Assembly (NCBI GenBank): GCA_965644315.1
Contig: CBFFRQ010000032.1
Coordinates: 124,001-188,000 of the forward strand
Length of the DNA: 64,000 nt
Reading direction: 5' to 3'
Origin: Caecitellus pseudoparvulus
Lineage: Eukaryota > Protista > Bigyra: Bicosoecida
In this document: positions 59,525 to 64,000 of the stretch, piece after piece
Layout: the number at the start of each line of letters is the position of its first letter
How positions within the stretch are numbered: the first letter of the stretch is position 1
Translations under genes and position numbers: made by a program
The notes under the pieces: generated by a model
Seen by the model: the letters and a program-made list of their open reading frames with translations, nothing else
What the model was told of the DNA's origin: nothing
Database searches by the model: none

Positions 59525-61420
59525 ATGGCTGCACTGAGCCTGACCCGGAGAGCACTGGCCCGCGCACGAGCCTGCACGCTGCAGCGAGGAGCACTGGCGC
59601 CAGGCGCAGATGTCGTGCAGGTGGCTGCGAGAAGCTTCAGTTTGGCAGACTACGGCTCCATGGAGGGTGAGGCGCGCACTGCGTAGCGTCCAGCTTGCGC
59701 CAGCCTGCACCAGCCAAGGACGCCTCGTCCCGATCCCTCAGCTCCGCTGGATGCGACGGCCAAGGGCTGGCAAGGGATCAAGCGCTTTTATGACCATGTG
59801 GGCGTGCGGGGTGTTGCGGACGATGGCACCATCTCGCCTGAGGGCACTGATGCCGCGGCTTGGCAGGTGTGTCTGCGGAAATTGACACCCTCACCAAGGC
59901 AGTGAACAGGCCGTGGGGACCGCTGCAGAGTGAGGCTTTGGTGCACAGTCATCCACCCTTCCCAAATCCTTACACAGGTTCTTGTGCAAGGGCGTGTGCT
60001 TCGAACAAATGCCTTGAATGACTTGCTCGTGCGTGGGCGAGCGGCGCTGCGGAGCGAAGCGCAGTATCACGCGCCTCCTGCACCTGCGCTGCGCTTGCCT
60101 CGCAGCTTCCCACCAAGGAATTGGCTCTGGCCATTGCCATGGAGTTCGGGGCTCAGAAGGGCACCATCGTGTCCGCCACCACACCCCTCGTGCGTTGCAA
60201 GCAACTACGCTTGCATTGCTCTCGCGGCCTCCCTGCAGCATCCCACCCGACCACCGTCGCCTGCGCAGTACAACCTCGCCTGCACGGCCATCGACTCGTA
60301 CGCAAAAGACGACCTGCGCATGGCGGCTGCTGCCCCCGCAGTGGACGCTGTCCTGGCCAAGACGGGCCAGACAGACCTGACGGTTTCCGGGGTTGCTGAC
60401 CCAGTGCTGCCCGCCACGGAGATGGTGGACGTGGACCGTGTGGCGTCCACCCTCATCAAGACGGCCGACTTCGGGGAGGACCCCAACCGCCCCGAGATCC
60501 GGTACGCCACACGCATGCCGGGGCAAGCCAGCACCATGAGCAGCATGGGCGGCAGTGGCGGGGAGACAGCACGCCTGCGTGAGATGCTGAAGGACTACTT
60601 GGAGACGGACTCCATCTGCTACCGAGTGTCCCTGGAGACGGGGGACCCAGACGAGGCCCTCCTGCGGCGGCGGCAGGACAAGTACTACGACCCGCTCATT
60701 GACTGGTTCAAGAACGCCTTTGGCGTGACTCTGGGCTGGACGACGGGGCTGCAGAATGTGCAGCACTCCACTGCCGCCTACGAGCTGTGCGAGGACATCA
60801 TCGACAGCGGGGACCACTTCCTGCGTGCGGCAGTGCATCAGGCGCTGGGCACGACCAAGTCCACCGCCATCACGCTGGCCCTCCTGTTCCGGCACATCTC
60901 CGCAGAACAGGCCTTCAACGCCAGCCGAGTGGAGGAGGAGTACCAGATCGAAGTGAACGGCTTCGTGGAGGACGGCCACGACACAGCCAGGGTGTCCGCG
61001 CGCATCCAGCTGGGCGCCGTCGCCAACCTGCTGTGGCTCAGCCCCACCTCCCGCCCGCCCCAGCCGCCCCAGGGCCTGGGCCCCGAAGCCGTGCAGGCTG
61101 ACATGGAGAAGCGGCTGCAGCGCGTGGCGGCGCGCCGGGCCAGGGATGCCGTGCAGGGCATGCTGGAGGCAGAGGAGCGCGCGCGCCGTCGAGCCGCCGT
61201 GGAGGGCGGGACGAGCCCATCCCCGGCGTCCGCCCCCCTGTCCGCAGAGGCCAAGGAGGCCGCGGAGCTGAAGTGGATGGAGGAGGAGCTGGTGGCCCTG
61301 CAGCAGCAGACCAACCGCATGGCGGCAGGCGCCGGCATGGACCTGCCCTACCCAGAGGCAGGCGTGGGCGATGCCGCAGCGGCAGCCGCAGCAGCGGAGC
61401 CCAGCGGCAAGTCAGGGTGA
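59525..61420 (+). CDS. ATPAF2: Mitochondrial F1-ATPase assembly chaperone ATP12 (multi-exon)
   Basis: Presequence MAALSLTRRALARAR; KRFYDHV, VLVQGRVLRT, LALAIAMEF, YNLACTAID, YLETDSICYR, LRRRQ..YDPLIDW, ASRVEEEYQI..GFVEDGHD. Confidence 0.9.
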
Positions 61421-61937
61421 ACAAGGCTGCACGGTGCATCCGCCTGCAATGCAGAACGTGCATGGTGCGGGGCGGTGAAAACAAGCTGCTTACTTGCTTG
61501 CTTACTCACTTACTGTCTCATGTGAGGCTCGTTGAACTCGGAGCAGAGATTTGATGCGTGCTGAACTAAGCCAAAGGAGGGGGGATTTTGATTCCTAGGA
61601 CTTTTAAGCCTTTATGTAACACACGGTGCATAATGCCACTTCACGAAGCCTCATCAACACGCTCACGCATCGGTCCAGATGAGCTGCCAAGTGCAAATCC
61701 CCTGTATAGCCTGGTGTCGAGCTACGGCTGTCTGCGGCGTGGCCAAAACGAGGTGTCGCAGCGACACGCAGGAGTGGACTGTGCTGCCTGGCTAGGCGTT
61801 GGGCGGCTGCCCTCCAAAAGGGTCCTCAACCCTGCTTGTATTTGTCAAGATTTGGCTTCGACACCTAGGGGTGGCTTGCTCGGTTCCCTGGCCCCGTTCC
61901 TTCGACCGAGGCGACCTGCACGCGTTTTCGACACGCG

Positions 61938-62621
61938 ATGGCGTCGGCTCCTGTGGCTCCCGTGGACACACTGCGGGCCTTCCTGCGAGACGCAGGACGC
62001 CAAGCGGAAGTGCTTGAAGAGCACATGGAGAGAAACCCCGACACGCCCCCCAAAGTTGCCGCATCCCTCGTGGCATCTCACCGCATCGATGCTGGCATTG
62101 CGGCTGAACTGGCTCTGAGCGTGGGCATCGGCACCGACACGGAGGAGCTGTCTTACATTCGAGACGAGCTGCTGAACTCCGATGCAAACCTACGCGTCAA
62201 GAGTCGGTACCATGTGCAGTTCGTCAAGCCAGCCGTGCGAGAAGTGCGGGCGGTTGTGAGGGGCGAGCTGCCGCCAGGCAAACTGCAGTGGAGCTTCCGG
62301 CACACTCTGCTGCTGTATGGCATGTTGTTCACGGTGGGCGGTACGCAGCAAGGCAAGGCATGGTTGAACAAGGCAGCTATCAGCCCGCCAGGTGGCGACA
62401 GGGTTCTGCAAGAGACGTCCGGAGGTCTGGCAGATTTCCGCAGCGCGGTGCACGAACTGCTCACGTCACTTGTTGGGGTGTTCCGCCTCACTTCCCCCGA
62501 ACAACAGGTGGCGTTGCCCGCCAGCGACCCAGCGTTAGACCACCTGCCTCTGGGTGATGCGCAGCGCCGAGCCTGTGTGCAAGCGGTGCACAACCACGTG
62601 CGGTTCTTGGCATGGGAGTGA
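61938..62621 (+). CDS. Hypothetical protein
   Basis: 227-aa ORF with globular-looking composition; no recognised motif. Confidence 0.55.
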   Translation: MASAPVAPVDTLRAFLRDAGRQAEVLEEHMERNPDTPPKVAASLVASHRIDAGIAAELALSVGIGTDTEELSYIRDELLNSDANLRVKSRYHVQFVKPAVREVRAVVRGELPPGKLQWSFRHTLLLYGMLFTVGGTQQGKAWLNKAAISPPGGDRVLQETSGGLADFRSAVHELLTSLVGVFRLTSPEQQVALPASDPALDHLPLGDAQRRACVQAVHNHVRFLAWE

Positions 62622-62623
62622 AT

Positions 62624-63937
62624 TCAACTCGCTAGGCTGGCTTGGGCACGCAGCAACAGTGGCAGGCGGCGGCGGCGATAGTGCGCGAAACCCGCCAGCT
62701 CGGCGATTTGCCGCGCCTGGCCGGCATTCACGGCTGTGGCCACCTGTTGCGTGCCATGCAGTCGCACAAGTGTCGCTGCAACGCAGCAGGCTTCGGCGAA
62801 CCCCGGCTCCCCCCGCTGAACCTGCACCCTTTGGAACATGCGAGTCACCAGCCCACCCGTGATGACACGGAGGAAAGGGGTGGCGTCTTCGAACTTGGCA
62901 ATGTCCTGACGCTGTTCACCCTGTGTGAAGAAGTTGCCCGCCCGTTCCTGTGTCAGCAGGCGACGCTCTGCATCTTGCAGCTCCTCCTGATCCCACGTGT
63001 CCAAGGGCACCTCACATGTGGCTTCTGCAGGTGCTGACCAAGAGTACACGTGCAAACCCACGTCGGCACCCCATGCTCGCATCTCCTGCATGACGGGTCT
63101 GCACATGTGCGCCAACAGCGCGACAAAGTCAATGGAGTTAGCCCCGGGTTGGGTAGCTGGGCGGGGAGAGACCATCCTGAGCAGGCACACAACAGCATGG
63201 TGCAAGTCTGGGCGCAGCTGGCGGTGCTGCAGCATGTTCGTCAGGACGAGGGGACGCCGCCCGGCACTCTCCACCCACACATCGTGCAGCTGCATCTTGG
63301 CAGTTACCTCTTGGACAAGCAGAAGCGACTGCATGTCTCCCCCGTGCACAGTGCACTCCATTGGCAGCGTCGCTTGCACTTCTTTGTATCGGTCTTCCCA
63401 GTCAGGATAGTGACACTTCACCCGTGCCCAGTGCTGCAGCAGCGTGCGCACACAGGCGGCGTGTCCGTGGAACGCGGCCACCATGAGCGGCGAGGGCGCG
63501 TGCAAGTTTCCATCGGGGGAGCCGCCCCGCTGCAGCAGCAGGCGCAGCACAGCCTCATGGCCCTCCGAGCAGGCGCCATGCACAGGTGTCAGCGAGCTCT
63601 CCATGCCCTCCCAGCGGCTCGGGAACCCCACCATGCACCGCAGCATGGGGTGAACTGCCCGCGGGTCTGCGCCCATGTCCAGCAGCTGCCGCACCTGCCC
63701 CAGCTCCCCCCGCCGCGCGGTGCTGAACAGGTGCCAGTCCTTCTTCCACTGCTCCTCGACGGGCCTGCCGTCCCACAGCTCCATGCCATTTGGCCCGTCA
63801 CCTTCAAAGTGCCCCTCCCACTCGTCCTCGGCTGGCCCGCCCCCGAAGTCGCCAAAGCCACCCTGGAGAGCGCCCTGCAATTGAAATCCTAGCTCCACGT
63901 CTTCTTGGCCAAAGGCGAAGCCCTGCGGGTCAGCCAT
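62624..63937 (-). CDS. Ankyrin-repeat protein
   Basis: LFSTARRGELGQVRQLLDMGADP, TPVHGACSEGHEAVLRLLLQRGG, SPLMVAAFHGHAACVRTLL. Confidence 0.8.
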   Translation of the reverse strand: MADPQGFAFGQEDVELGFQLQGALQGGFGDFGGGPAEDEWEGHFEGDGPNGMELWDGRPVEEQWKKDWHLFSTARRGELGQVRQLLDMGADPRAVHPMLRCMVGFPSRWEGMESSLTPVHGACSEGHEAVLRLLLQRGGSPDGNLHAPSPLMVAAFHGHAACVRTLLQHWARVKCHYPDWEDRYKEVQATLPMECTVHGGDMQSLLLVQEVTAKMQLHDVWVESAGRRPLVLTNMLQHRQLRPDLHHAVVCLLRMVSPRPATQPGANSIDFVALLAHMCRPVMQEMRAWGADVGLHVYSWSAPAEATCEVPLDTWDQEELQDAERRLLTQERAGNFFTQGEQRQDIAKFEDATPFLRVITGGLVTRMFQRVQVQRGEPGFAEACCVAATLVRLHGTQQVATAVNAGQARQIAELAGFAHYRRRRLPLLLRAQASLAS

Positions 63938-64000
63938 GCCTGACTAGAGCGCGCTCGGGGCGCTCCAGCGAAATGGCGGCCACACCCAACTGTTGCATGC

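Noticed and set aside
61485-61520. Short (gctt/actt)n repeat
   Set aside because: Small degenerate microsatellite in a 3' intergenic region with no supportable function.

Overview
Gene-dense, GC-rich eukaryotic DNA with short GT(gcg/gag)...cAG introns; a heterotrophic stramenopile-like protist is my inference, not a certainty. Most genes are housekeeping: EF-hand protein (partial), SDR, SLC35A sugar transporter, TTL-like+WW protein, Ser/Thr kinase, mitochondrial EF-Tu, DusA, BPI/LBP, 1-Cys peroxiredoxin, four-domain voltage-gated cation channel, FG-GAP surface protein, a giant multi-domain membrane protein, ZNF598/Hel2, ATP12 and an ankyrin protein. The stand-out region is 18.5-28.9 kb, where two ~5-kb tandem cassettes are bounded by three indel-free 126-bp copies of the DusA 3' coding end. 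Each cassette carries (i) a receptor-like gene with a helical N-terminus, a degenerate pseudokinase-like segment and a capped array of 38-aa ankyrin repeats, and (ii) an inverted UTP20 3' pseudogene fragment. Repeat variability is concentrated at the positions randomised in engineered DARPins, and each array has a variable extended loop. This looks like a candidate natural DARPin-like variable receptor locus with expandable or excisable architecture, next to a BPI/LBP gene. Exon boundaries were read by eye, and most long antisense ORFs in the track are GC-rich shadows.
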